This document shows positions 26,373 to 39,939 of a stretch of DNA of 64,000 nt, piece by piece (the stretch's first letter is position 1; the number at the start of each line of letters is the position of its first letter). The stretch comes from Octopus sinensis (Eukaryota). The translations under genes were made by a program, and so were the position numbers. The notes below the pieces were generated by a model. That model searched no databases. It saw only the letters and a list, made by a program, of their open reading frames with translations, and was not told where the DNA came from. The DNA is taken from the NCBI RefSeq assembly GCF_006345805.1, contig NC_043001.1, positions 73,222,001 to 73,286,000 on the forward strand, written 5' to 3'.

Positions 26373-27904
26373 ATTGCTCCAAATTGCTCCAGTAATTTCA
26401 GGTAAGGGGAGTAAGTCGATTACATTGACCTCAGTATTCAACTGGTACTTAGTTTATCAACACCGAAAAGATGAAAGGTAAAGTTGACCTCAGCGGAATT
26501 TGAATTCATAACATAAAGATGGATGAAATGCCACAAAGCATTTTACCTGGTGCACTAACAATTCAGCCAGCTGACTGCCTTTAATGATAATAATAATCTT
26601 TCTACTAAAAGCACAAGGCCTGAAATTTGGGGGTGGGACTAGTCAACTCCAGTGTTTCACTGGTACTTAATTTATCCACCCCAAAAGGATGAAAGGCAAG
26701 AGTCGACCTCAGCAGAATTTGAACTCAGAACATAAAGACAGATGAAATGCAACTAAATATTTTGCCTAGTGTGCTAATGATTCTTCCAACTCGATGCCTT
26801 TAATAATGATTATAATAATAATAATAATAACATTAATAATAATGGTTTCAAATTTTGGTACAATGCCAGCAAATTTAGGGGGAGGGATAAATTGAATACA
26901 TTGACTCCAGTACTTTACTGTTACTTTATTTTATTGAACCTGAAAGGATTACTTAACTGTAGCTGGATTTGAACGCAAAACAAAAGAACCAGAGCAAAAG
27001 CTATAAGACATTTTTCTCAGCCAACTTGGTTTCTAACATTGGCACAAGGCCTGGAATTTGGAAGAGAGGAAAAGTCAATTTTATCAGTCCCAGTACCTGT
27101 TAGTATTGGGATGAGATTTAAACTCAGAATGTAAAACGTTGAAACAAATCCTGCAAGATATTTTGTCTGGTGCTCTAATGATTCTGCCAATTCACCAGAT
27201 ACTGAAAGTTCTGAGATATAAACATATGTAATACATAAGTGGAAGGAAGGTCAGTAAGAACTAGGAAATGTCAACAGAGCTTAAGGTCAATAGAACACAC
27301 AGAGGCACGAATATCACACCACACACATACATCACACATGCATGTCTGAATACAATAGAGATATGAATATACGCAGACACTAAGGATACAAACACAGGCA
27401 AACACATCCATGTGTTTGTAAGACTGCACCTGACCACAGGCAGTGAAAGCTGTTCATCCAACCGATGGGATGATAATGGCTGTTGTCAACATGCCAAGGA
27501 AACAATAAGAGGCATGTAAGAATTGCACATACAAAACAATAACAAGTGGTGTGGTGTGGGTGTGGGATGGGATTAAGAGAAGGAAACAGAGAAGGAAATT
27601 GCCCAACCAAACTCTCTCCACCTACCATTGTCTTCTTTCGACCATCCATCGTGTTTTACCTACCCCTCCCTGCCTACCACTATATTTTTTTCCACTTTCC
27701 CTATTTTACCCAAACTCCTCTCTCCCTATTTTACCCAAACAAATTCACTTCTCTCTGATCCATCAATTCTCTACTTTCCTCTTAAGCTGTAACCTGTAAG
27801 GTATAAGCTTTAGATACTGTCAACCATATTGTTTAGCATCCAGATGTCCTAGGCACCCTCACTACATTAGATCTATTTACATTCCTGTTGCAAAGTTTTA
27901 ATAT

Positions 27905-28560
27905 TCTTATTGTATTATTTTGAACTGAACACAAATGTGATTTGTAAATTTGTTTGTAAATGTGAAAATAGTAAACTTGAAGACTCCAACAGTTATATTG
28001 GTCATACATGTACAACACTCTCCCGCCAGTTTACCATGCACTTACAACAAATAGTAATTGCAATGCACTACATCATTACAACACAAAAACAAAGATAGAA
28101 AAATAGTTGACAACACATAATTATATTATAGAAAGACATGCAAATGTTTTGTAGCCCTAACAGACAAAACAATGATTGCATTATCCTGGAACCACATCAG
28201 GAATTATAAAAGAATGTGCCAAGTTCAATTCTAGCCCAAAGATATATACATATATATAAATATATAAGAGGTTAGCTGAGTTAGAGGTTAAAATAAGGGA
28301 TAGAAGTATCCATTATACTACCAGTGTATTACCTATGTTTAACCAAAGAGATACACAAACACAATGATATGATTACAACCTTTTTGACTTTTCCTTTTTC
28401 TTCTCTAGGCTCTTCTGTTTTTTTATTTATTCTTCACTCTCATGAAGCTCCATGTTTCAGATCGGTTTTATATCCCAAATATGATAAATACTTTTAGCAT
28501 ATCAATGGTAACACCAATTCAAAATTAGAAGCAGCAACAGCTGTTAGATGGGATGCAGTC
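27905..28560 (+). mobile_element. Penelope-like GIY-YIG endonuclease fragment followed by pLTR remnant
   Basis: CKFVC...SYIGHTCTTLSRQFTMHL...H. A decayed hammerhead-like motif follows at 28439-28553 (ctcatgaagctcc...gaagcagcaACAGCTGTt). Confidence 0.65.
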
Positions 28561-29439
28561 TATTTGTATTGAATTAATAAATAATAATTGATGTAAGTCA
28601 ATTGTTGTTCATCAATATTTCTCCATTTTGTTTTCTTTTTATGTATATATATATTCTGTATATATATATACATATATAAGAAACATCTAATTTATGGCTA
28701 ATTTGAGAATACACCAAAATATGAAGTAGTTGAAAAAACAAAATTAAGAAATTATGTAAGAAAATATAGACATAATAGAACTCTATAGCAATTGGATGCT
28801 TTTACATGGATATCTGACCATTCTTCTCCTGAAATAGAAACACCATAGTCATAGGAGGAATTGCCCCATTTAACACTGCAAGACAAACAAAACTTTAACT
28901 GATTGTATATGCTGCAAGACAAAGGTACTTTAGTTACTCATGGCTTATGGTTAGCCTTTTTCCATTGTGGTCTAAATGTAATATGCAATTGCATTCACAG
29001 TCAAAGTCATTTGATTCTGCCTGGGTCCTCACTTCACCAAATTGAAACCACTCCAGTGTATACTTCCCGAAGAAATGACATATATATATATAAGTAACAA
29101 AGTGCTAGACATCAAAAACAAGTGAGAGGAGAAACCATGCACTAAACTAAGTTTTACTGACAACAGCCATGTACAAAATGAGACAACATATGGACTATAC
29201 ATCACACATGTACATGTGCATATATATGTATGTATATGAGCATATATATATATATATACACACACACATACACCCACACATATACATATGCACACACACA
29301 CACATATATACATATATGCATATATATGTGTGTGTGTGTGTGTGTGTATATTCACTCATTTACATACAAAGACATCTAAACATAGAGTGATGGAGAAAAA
29401 TGTGGTACAGACACCAGCTAAAAACAATGACTAACTTAC

Positions 29440-29550
29440 CGACATACAGGCACTCATCACTTTGGAACCAATGTCCACAACTTTAGTACCCGCTGAAGCA
29501 ACCACATTTATAACAGATTTGTTACAAGAACTAACAAAATCAGTTACACC
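29440..29550 (-). CDS. LIPE: Candidate extra/cassette exon of LIPE (37 aa, no recognised HSL counterpart)
   Basis: ttttcaacaatttcag|GGT...TCG|gtaagtt; 111 bp, open and phase 0/0 like both flanking exons. GVTDFVSSCNKSVINVVASAGTKVVDIGSKVMSACMS; the sequence does not resemble the local repeats. Confidence 0.6.
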
Positions 29551-30772
29551 CTGAAATTGTTGAAAATTCAGTTTATAATTCACGTATATTTGGCTTGTCT
29601 TTATAATAATAGTGAGAGCAAAAGTTCTGGGAGAAGATATGGCTTAGCATTAAGCCATGAAGTTTGTCTGAAGAGAAAAAAAACTTTCTTTTCTTTTGTT
29701 TGTGTCTTTTAATAATAGAACATTTTTCTTTTTTTTTTTTGTTGAAAAATTACGATAAAAATTTAGCAAAATGTAATATTTCCAACACGAATGTTCACAG
29801 GTATCTGAAAACAATCAAACTGACCAATTGATAGATTCATTGGTGAAGTTCAGGTATCATCATCATCAATCCTCATGATTATTATCATCATCACTACCAT
29901 TGTTTTAACATCTATTGTTCCTTGTTAGCATAAGTCACAGAAAATTTGTTGAGGCAGATTCCCAACAGCTGGATGCCCTTCCTGTTGCTAACCCTCACCA
30001 GTTTCCAAGCAAAGTAATATTTCCCCCATGGCCAGATATGTTTCCACGGAAGATTGGAAATGAACAACACAGCTTGTATCATGGTGATCATCAGTTAACA
30101 AGTCAAGTAATGGCAAGACAAGGATGCATAGACACACAGTCATATACATATACAAGCACTCATAAACATACACACATACACCATATGATCGGCTACTTTC
30201 AATCTTCATCTACCAAACCCACCCAAAAGCTGTGGTTGGCTCAGGGCTATAGTAGAAGACACTTGCCCAATGTGCCAGACAGAGGGATTGAACCCCCAAA
30301 ACCATGTGGTTAGGAAGTGAACTTCTAAACCCCACAGCCATGCCAGCACCTTCAACTTAACAGGTGTATATCCCTGTGTGTATCCCTGTGTGTGTGTGTG
30401 CACAAGTTTGTATGTGTGAGTGTATATTTCACGTAACTTTCATCTGGGTGTTCTCAACATTACACAGTCAACAAAGACAATAAACGCATCATTAACTTTC
30501 TGCTAACTCAATAATACATTCATGGATCATAACATGAAACTAATTTTACTGTCCCCTCTTATGAAATATCACCATGGTAATTGTTCTGAGAAAGCCCTGC
30601 ACCCACTACCATCACCCACATTTAGTTGCATCATGACACACCACCAGGCAGATGATAGGACAATGAGAGGAAGATTAAAATAAAAACCAAATGATGAGTG
30701 ACATTTCACTATCACATATCCTACGTTTGTTTTTACTGTGACATCTTCCAATTCTTCAGAGTATGATGGTTG

Positions 30773-32017
30773 TACAAAGGTAGGACAAAAAGTTCATTGG
30801 CTGATTATGAAAGAGTGATGCTAGAGCTGTGAAATCTTGCATTCATTAATTTCAACACTTCTTATTAATAACTGCATTGTTTTTTTCCAGGTAAATTGAC
30901 ATCTGACTGTTCAAAACAGGCTTCAGAAATAACTAGTAGTGACTTGTCTTGAAAATCAACAAAATTTGGCATTGTGGTATTATCAAGTAGTACCTGCAGA
31001 AAAAGGGTTTAACCACCAACCACCAGGACATTCATGCTGACATGGTTCCTGCTGACATAGTTACTACATTAGGGGATGACACTCCAGCTTTATCAACAGT
31101 GCAAAAGTAGGCAGTTGAATTTAAGAAGAGAAGAGAGAGTCTTGAAGATCACCCAAGGGCCGGGCATCCTGCAACTGACACCACCAAGGAAAACATTGCT
31201 TGTGTTCACCACATGGTGATGGATAACAGGTGACTAACTATAAATAAAATAACCAATGTAAATACCATATCCCATGAGAGAGTTGAGAATATTCTGCACA
31301 AAGGACTTGGCATGACAAAGGTTTCTGCTCAGTGGTTGCCACATCTACACCTGATCAAAAGGTACACCAGGCTGATCACATCATGGCAAAATCTGATATT
31401 ATTTGAGGCAGATCCAGCTAGTTTCCTTGAACATTTTCTAACCCAGGATGAGTGTTGGGTTCATCACTTTGAGCCAGATACAAAGAGACAATGCAGTGGA
31501 AACACCCCTCCTCTCTTGCTCCAAAGAATCCAAGGTTGTTCACCTGCAGAGAAGGGGGTGGCCTCAGTTTTGGGGATGCAAAAAGCATTGTGTTTACAGA
31601 CTTCAAAAGCAACACCATCAACAAAGAGTACTATGCTAACTTGCTGAGGCAGTTAGGAAAGGCTATCAAGACCAAACATCCAACAAAACTGGTGAAAGAG
31701 GTCTTGTTTCATCAGGACTATGCTCCAGCACACCAGTCCTTGGTTTCAATGACTGCTGCATGTGACTGTGGCTTTGAACTGGTTGACCACCATCTCTATT
31801 CTTGTGATTTGGCCCAACATAAAAAAAAAACACTTGGCTGGGAACCAGTATCACAGTGTTGATGACATCACATCTGCTGTTGATGATGTTTTTTATAAAG
31901 GACCAAAGCAGAAGTGTATGGACCACAAGGGGTGCTATATTGAATAATAAATTTCATTTGGTTACATTCCATGAGGGTATCTTGGTCAGCCTATGAACTT
32001 TTCAGCTGGCCCTCATA
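30773..32017 (+). mobile_element. Decayed full-length mariner (Tc1/mariner) DNA transposon
   Basis: Imperfect TIRs (ta caaagg..aaaagttcattggctga / tcagcctatgaacttttc..ccctca ta). Transposase remnants TQDECWVHHFEP, FHQDYAPAH and HHLYSCDLA; many stops and frameshifts. Confidence 0.9.
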
Positions 32018-33042
32018 TAACACTTTTCCATTTCTTTATACATTCTTTCTATTTTCATTGAAGTTTGCAAGATTTATTTGTGCAGCAGGGGTTGGATAAT
32101 AGAGAGCAGACAAGGGTTTCTCCATAGTCTGGTCTGCTTCTCCACAATCACAGATAGTTCTGCCTATCTTGTAGCTCCATGTGATCAAAGCAACTTCTCA
32201 AGCAGTTGAACATCTTTCACTGAATCCATGGTGCTTCTGATCCAAGGAAGAGGTCTTCAGTTGATGGGGATTCCCATATCAACTGGAGAAGGGTCATTAT
32301 CAATCCAGAGCTAGAGTCTGGTTTCTTCCCAAGATGTTGTTAAGCGGCTAGACATAGCTGAGGAAGTTTTTATCTAGGAAGAATCAACTATGCCAAGAAA
32401 ACAAGAAGAAATAAAATGTTGTATGTATCAATTCATAGAAAAAAATCATTAACTGACAGATTTCTGATTCCTTGAAACTGATTCTGTTTTTTGCATTGTC
32501 ATGATATAATCTTGTCATAATTTGCTTTCAAATCTAATAATACACTCTTAGCAACAAAGGTTTAAGCTTTACATAAACCAGGTCGAAGTCTGTAGGCTGT
32601 TGACAAGTCAGGTGTTGGCAACAGTAGTCGCTCTGAATGTTTTATTACAAAACAGTTTAATCTTAAACACCATACAGTCAGAATAATAATTTTATTCATT
32701 TATTTGTTTAGTCTTGTTGGAGCACCTCCTTAATGAGTTTTGTTGGTGAAATTGATCCCAATGCTGATTTTAAGTTTGGTACTAATTCTATAAGTTTGCT
32801 TTTTGCTGAACTGATAATTTACAGGGACATAAACAAACCAACACATTATCACACAGTGAGTGACAAACACACACACACACACAACAGGTTTCTCCACAGT
32901 TTCCATCAACCAAATTTCTTTCACAAGACATTGATTGGCTCAAGAATATAGAAGACATTTGCTTATAGTGCCATGCAGTGGGACTGAACCCAAAATTTTG
33001 TAGTCACAAAGTAAACTTCTTAACCACAAAACTTATACCTAT

Positions 33043-33077
<35 letters not shown>

Positions 33078-33083
<6 letters not shown>

Positions 33084-33477
33084 AAATATTTGAAGTATTT
33101 ATACACGAAAGAGGTAACCTTTGACAGGACACCTTACATGCCAGAAAGGGCAGTCAAAGCCCAAACCACCATGAATAAAAGCAATTTCAAAGGGAATGAA
33201 AATAAAATATAGTTTTCTAGTTACCCTCAGACTCGAGTTTCTGTGTTAATGAGCAAATAAATTTGTCATCTGTACTTCATCATGTGAGGTCACTAAAATT
33301 AATGCACATTTATGTAGCAAATACGTACCGAAAATACACATGCTGTATACTTATACATTATATTTTAAAGTCACCACTTTTATTCATGGTTTGGGCTTTG
33401 ACTGCCCTTTCTAGCATGTAAGGTGACCTGCCAAAGGTCACCTCATTCGTGTATAAATACTTAAATTGTTTGCACAC
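33078..33477. mobile_element. Foldback element/MITE with ~100-bp inverted arms
   Basis: 33078-33181 is the reverse complement of 33377-33477 at roughly 90% identity (by eye). Confidence 0.85.
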
Positions 33478-33589
33478 TATTATATATGAAAATATGTTGT
33501 CAAATTTATCACACATGCTAGCCACTGGTATGAAAATTTTTCTAAATTTTCTACCCTTATTATTTTCACAGTATATGTATAGTGTTGTG

Positions 33590-33835
33590 TTCTTAGCAAG
33601 ACACTTTATTTCATGTTGCCCCAGTTCACTCAGTCGTAGAAATGAGTTGCAACATCACAGGTGCCAAGCTGTATCGGCCCTTGCCTTTCCCTTGGATAAC
33701 ACTGGTGGCATGGAGAGGGGAGGCTGGTATGCATGGGCGACTGCTGGTCTTCCATAAACAACCTTGCCCGGACTTGTGCCTGGGAGAGTAACTAGGTGTA
33801 ATCCCATGGTCAGTGTCGTGACTGAAGGGGGTCTC
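33590..33835 (+). mobile_element. SINE-like family D copy
   Basis: Reverse-complement match to 17445-17770 (gggaaaggcaa...gatacagcttggcacc...gcaactcatttcta). Confidence 0.7.
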
Positions 33836-33839
33836 AGAA

Positions 33840-33889
<50 letters not shown>

Positions 33890-33953
33890 GATATTAGCCA
33901 ACCGAAATTACGGAGCAGTCACTGTCTATATCTCATTTAGAGAATTATTATTG

Positions 33954-33992
<39 letters not shown>

Positions 33993-35597
33993 CAAGGTGT
34001 TATGCAGTGAGGCTAAACCCAAAACCTCTTGGTTGCTAAGTGAATTTCTCAAACACACAGCTATGTAATTTTTCTTAGTCTAGTATGTAATTTTTAGCAT
34101 CTTTTTTTTTATAATTCATGCAGAGGAATGTTATGTTGATATGTTTGTCATACAACAGAAAAGGTTTTAGTGTTACACTAGTTTCATTAAAACCAGACTG
34201 AGACAGTAACCACCAATCTCACTAGTACAAACCAATGTAACCTCAAGTTTGTGAACAACTATATATTCAATCATCCATTTTCCCATACTAGCATGAGTTT
34301 GGACAGGAACTTATGCTGAGGCAAGATTTTATGGCTAGATGCACTTACTGACACCAAGCCTCATTTGTTTCTCTTCAAGTGAGAGATTTCTTTATTCCAC
34401 AAGTCCTTAAAAGCACAAAGCAACCAGTCTTAATGTCAACAAGGAATGTCAACATCAGTACTGCTTCATTTAAATGGTGACAAACATGAAATATCAACAT
34501 TTAAGCACATTCATCCACCCATACACACACTCATACATATATGCATATATGGATAACAGCTTTTCTTTTTATACATGTTGTATTGTTCCAGTTTAATTTT
34601 CCTTATTAATGTTTTATCACATCTGCAGATCAGACCCTCATAGTTTATTTTAAAAATATAGTTTCTAAATTCATCTTCATTAACATCTTTAGGTTATCTC
34701 AACCCTATGATTGGGATATAGAATGGTTCTGGCTTCTGTGCTGACCTTTTTATAGTGGGTGGCTTGGGGTATATGAGATGTCAGAGAGAGATAATGCCTT
34801 TGATGAGGGAACACATCACACTTTTAGGGGTGGTGCATCTGCTTTCATTTCCACCTGGTACCCAGGCTTTCACTTCTGACTCCAAGTAGCTGTTTGCCTG
34901 CAATAGGACCAAGATCTGGTAAACCACTTCAAATGGAAGGATAAACCACACATACTAATGCCCATTTTTTTCCATCAGGGATATGCCCTAATATTAGGCT
35001 ATTCTCTATTGTCAATACACAATGGAAACTTATATTTACAATATATAAGGATGGTTAGATCCAAAGGCGCTCCTGGCGATTAGCTGCGAAGGTCGAGTCC
35101 TTGGTAAAAGGTATACGGTAGCAGGTAATTCAGCGGGTAAACCGTAGTTTAAATTATATGCAAGAAGGAAATGGAGGAAAATTAACAGGAAGATGGTCAT
35201 TTGCACTAGTAAGCCATTAATGGATTACTAGTGCAAACAACCATCTTCTTTCTCTTATATATGTATTTATGTATGTATCTATGTATGCATACACACACAC
35301 ACACACACATACATACATACCAGGCTTCCATACAGTTTTGTTAATCAAATTCACTCGTAAGGCATTAGTTAGCCTGGGCTACAGAAGCAGTGATTTGCCC
35401 AAGGTGCCATGCTGTGTGACAGAACACAAAACAACATGGCTGCAAAGCAATCTTCTTAATCACACAGCTATGTCTGCTTATGAAACAGATAAACTGTTGT
35501 CTAAATGTTTTTGATTTATTGGAATGTGGAACACTGGAGATCAAATAATTATTGGTATACTACAACTTCATATGGAAAGTTAAACAAAATTATGTTT

Positions 35598-35982
35598 CGA
35601 CCCTTGTGATACCAAGCCACCTGGGACACCTCAATTCGATGATAAACCTCCTCTTTTAAAGTAATCAAAAAACCTTCCAATATAATTCCATGTTAATTTA
35701 TGTTCCAAACACTAGCATTTAAACCAGCCATACCCATCCCAAATTTTCTATCTGCAGTTGACAGTAGAGAATGTATATAAAAGTTATATCAAAATCTCAG
35801 AGCTACAAGTTAATGCATGATTAATTCAAAATTATGTGAATAAATAAGCATTATATTTGATAGGGTAATCTGAACACTAAAGGGTTAATAATGACAAAGT
35901 TATTTTAATAAATTCTTTTTTTTTTTTAAATTAATTGAAATAAAGACAGTGTATTTCAACAGAAATATAGTAACAAAAGGGT
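35598..35982. mobile_element. Nested piggyBac-type MITEs
   Basis: Outer ends cccttgtgatacc / gtaacaaaaggg. The inner element (about 35711-35888, ending ctaaagggttaa) is homologous to 2325-2547. Confidence 0.55.
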
Positions 35983-38069
35983 TTTGCCAGGCGAAATGCT
36001 TAGTGGTATTTCGTTTGTCTTTACATTCTGCGTTCAAATTCCGCTGAGGTCAGTTTTGCCTTTCATCCTTTCAGCGTTGATGAATTATGTACCAGTTGCA
36101 TACTGGGGTTGATCTAATTGACTGGCCCCCCTCCCCGAAAGTTTTGGGCCTTGTGCCAAGATTAGAAAAGAATATAGCTTTTCTTAAGCCTTAAAATATA
36201 TTTATTTAAATCCAAGGTTCATCTAGACATCCCTTGTGGTGCACAGTTTGAGAACAGCTGTTCTAAACCACTGACAGCAACAATAAAAGATCTTTAGACA
36301 AGATCTTCACTTCTTATAATGGCATGTGATTCTATAAGTAGTGTCTTAGTCAGAAATATCTTTTTATGCCTGCCTTAATTTTGTAATTCAGATGAAGCTG
36401 TGTGATTAAACAGTAGGACATAAACACATGGCTGTGTGGGTATATGGCTGCATGGATATGTGGTTGAGTGGTGTCATGTACAAAGACATTTTCATGCACA
36501 CAAACAGTAAAGCATTAAACAAAAATATTTCATTTATTTTAAAATACTTCATCATTATCATCATCACCATCATCATTTAGCATCCATTTTTCATGCTGGC
36601 ATGGTTTAGACAGCTTGATTGGGACTGGTAAATCAAAGGGCTGTATCAGGATCCAGTCTGATTTGGCTTGGCTTCTACAGCTGGATACCATTCATAATGC
36701 CAACTACTCCAAGAGTGTAGAAGCTGCCTTGTAACGTGTCACCAGCACCAACCACGACTATGATTTCACTTGGCTTGACATGTCTTCTCGAATACAATAA
36801 ATTGCCAAAGGCCTCAATCACTTGTCATCACTTCTGTGAGACTCAACATCCCAAAATCAAAGAAAAAAAAATCTTTTTACTCCAAATCAAGTCATTCCGA
36901 CCAAGCTTATCCCATCTAACTTTTAATGACTACACTATACAATGTGTCCTTCTCTTTTAAGATGATAGGGTGTGAGTTGAGAGAATTTGGCTGTTATTTC
37001 CATCAAGTCATGTGACCACATAGCAATTATATCAAAATACAAAATAATAATGTAAATTTATTGTGTACAGTGCTCAGGCACCTAACATATAATGATGATA
37101 GCAAACATATTTCTCATAAACACAAAGCAATCTACCTTTCTTTCACAGACAATATTAGGTAAGGAGGTCACTATCTGGAGTAGGGAAACGGAAAAGGAGA
37201 GAGAGTCAAACTATTTATTAACCTGACCAAGACACTCAACTTACTTGGGAAGGATTTCTAACTTAGATACAAGGCCAGCAATTTTAAGGGGAGGAGATAC
37301 CATCAACTTAATATTTTGACTAATATTTCATTTTATCAACCCTGGAAAAACGAAGTTGACCCTGGCAGAAATTGAACTCAGACTGTAAAGAGTTGAAAGA
37401 AATACCCCTCAAAATTTTGTCCAACACTAATAATTCTGCTAGCTCCCTGCTTTTTGTAATTGCTTCTGACCTTGGCACTAGGACAGCAATTTTGAAAGGA
37501 GGAGGTGAGTTGATACCATCAACTCCAGTGTAACTGATACTTTATTTTATCAACCCCAAAAGGATGAAAACCAAAGTTGACCTTGGTGAGATTTGAACTC
37601 AGAATGTAAGAAAGCAGAACAAATACTGCATCATATTTTGCCTGACGCACTAACATTTCTGCTAACTCACTGCCCCTCCTACTACAGAATGATAAAAGAA
37701 AGGGACAGCTAAAAATCAGCAATTCATTTTTGAGGCTAACAAATTTTGGCAGTAATACTGACAGACTCTACCTACCAAGAAAGAAGGAAGGATGAAGAGG
37801 ATTAATAAATGCAGAAGACACTGTTAGTACTACAATAGTGGGGTTGAAAAATTATGTTGCGTGGAGTAAAGAAAGAATGGCAGCTACAGATACTGAAATA
37901 GTTACTGAAACAGTAGGAGAATTTTAGAACAGAAGGAAGAATAACATAGCAAGCAGATGGAAAGAAAGAATTATGCAGCCAATTCATACAATAAATTGAG
38001 AATTTTGGAATTAAAACTATGGCTAACAGATAGAAATCTGAAACAAGAGACCAACACACTAATTATATA

Positions 38070-38530
38070 CACCCAGGAGCAAGCCATTAGGACAAATCTG
38101 ATTAAGGCAAAGATTGATAAAACTGTGTAGGAAAGATGTATATATCATCTTTGAGTGAGTGCAGTAAGCTAGCACAAAAAGAGTATAAGTGCAGACATGG
38201 CTGTTTAGATAAAAGAGAGCATTGGAATGATAGCTAAGTGTCTGGCTTCAAAATAACAGGAAAGTAGTATGATCACAAACCAGAGGCTATGACAGAGAAT
38301 GAGAATTACAGGATCTTATGAGACTTCAATACCAATGGAATTGAAAAAATTGAGAAATAGCAGGATCTAACCAGAGAACTGAAGAGACTGTGGAAGACTA
38401 AAACAACAATCATTCTTGTGGTAATAGGTGCACTTGACACATCCAAAATACTACCTAAAACACTGAACTATCTTGGAATTGAGAGTCGCATTGTCAACCT
38501 ACAGAAAAGTACCATCTAATATTCTATAGG
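38070..38530 (+). mobile_element. R4/Dong-type (REL endonuclease) non-LTR retrotransposon 3' fragment
   Basis: QEQAIRTNLIKAKIDK, SECSKLAQKEYK.RH and EKIEK*QDLTRELKRLWK....VVIGAL. Smaller related pieces at about 21000-21260 and 25665-25730. Confidence 0.8.
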
Positions 38531-38559
38531 AATCCCAATATTCTTGAGAATATCGAACT

Positions 38560-39722
38560 TGAAAGGATAAAAGACAAAATTGACCTCAGTAGAATTTGAA
38601 CTTAGAACATATGGAGCCTCAAGAAATGTCACTAAGTATTTAGTCTGACACTAACAATTCTATCACCTCACTACCTTTAATAATAATGGTTTCAAATTTT
38701 GGCACAAACCCAGCAATTTCAGTAGAGAGGAGTAAATCAATTACATTAACCCCAGTCTCAACTGGTACCTATTTTATTCACCCCGAAAGGATGAAAGGCA
38801 AAGGTGATCTCAGTGGAATTAGAATTCAGAACATAAGGTCAAATGAAATTCTGCTAAACATTCTGCCCTACGTGCTAATGATTCTGCCAGCTGGCCACCT
38901 TTTAATAAAAATAGCAATAATTATTTCACAAATATGCATAAAGCCTGATATTTGGTGGGAGCAGATTAGAGGATTATGTCATCCTCAATATTGGACTCAT
39001 ACCTTATTGTATTGAGTTTATCAACCACAAAAGGACAAAAGGCAATTGTTGAAGATTCAAATAATTATGATATTCAAATTTTGGCACAAGCCAGCAAGTT
39101 TGGAGGAGAGCATAGGTCAATTACATTGCCCCAAGTGTTCAACTATTTTACTGACCCCAAAAGGATGAAAGGCAAAGTCAACCTTGGTGGAACTTGAACT
39201 CAGAATGTGAAGTTGGACGAAATGCCACTAAGTGATTTGCCCAGCATGCTAATGATTCTACCAGCTCACTGTCTTTAATTATAATATTGGTTTCAAATTT
39301 TGGCACTAGGTCAGAAATTTTGAAGTGGGGTCGGAATTGATTACATTGAACACAGTATGTTATTTTATCAACCCTGGACAGATGAAAGACAAAAGCTAAC
39401 TTCAGTAGCATTTGAACCTCGGAATGCAAAGAGCTGGAAGAAATATGGCCAAGCATTTTGTCCAGTGTGGTAACAATTCTGCCAACTTGCATCCTAAATA
39501 ATAATAATCCTTTCTACTATAGGCACAAGGCCTGAAATTTGGGGAGAAGGTATTAGTCAATAATATTAACCCCAGTACTCAATGGACACTTATTTCATCA
39601 GCTCTGAAATCATGGAAAGCAAAGTCAACATCAGTAGTGCCTAAATTTAGAATATAAAGAGCCGGAAGAAATGTTGCTAAGCATTTTTTCCAGCACAGTA
39701 ACAATTCTGCCAGCTGCCACCA
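38560..39722 (-). mobile_element. Head-to-tail cluster of family B SINEs separated by (AAT)n
   Basis: About five to six consecutive copies. Similar clusters at 26380-27200 and 37255-37675. Confidence 0.8.
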
Positions 39723-39939
39723 TAATAATAACAGATTTATATAAAGAAAATAGTCAACAGCTTTTTTTTCCTTGCTGTATTTCTACTGATATTTCTTGGT
39801 TAATTTTAACAAAGAAGTCATCAAGCATAAACTGAATTACAGAGAAATTTTAACTATAGTCTTAATATTTAGTTCTCATGTACAAATTTGTTTATCAGTC
39901 TATCTAAAGTATACACACCCCAATACACTGAATCAATAT

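Noticed and set aside
28806-28828. Possible minus-strand micro-exon (tttcag|GAG...CAT|gtaaaa)
   Set aside because: 23 nt, not frame-preserving, and the donor is weak.
31312-31862. SETMAR-like host gene
   Set aside because: No SET domain; it is a frameshifted mariner transposase lying between TIRs.
35127-35139. Minus-strand ACCCGCTGAATT resembling the 28S rRNA 5' end
   Set aside because: Only about 12 nt match and the flanks are not rRNA-like.
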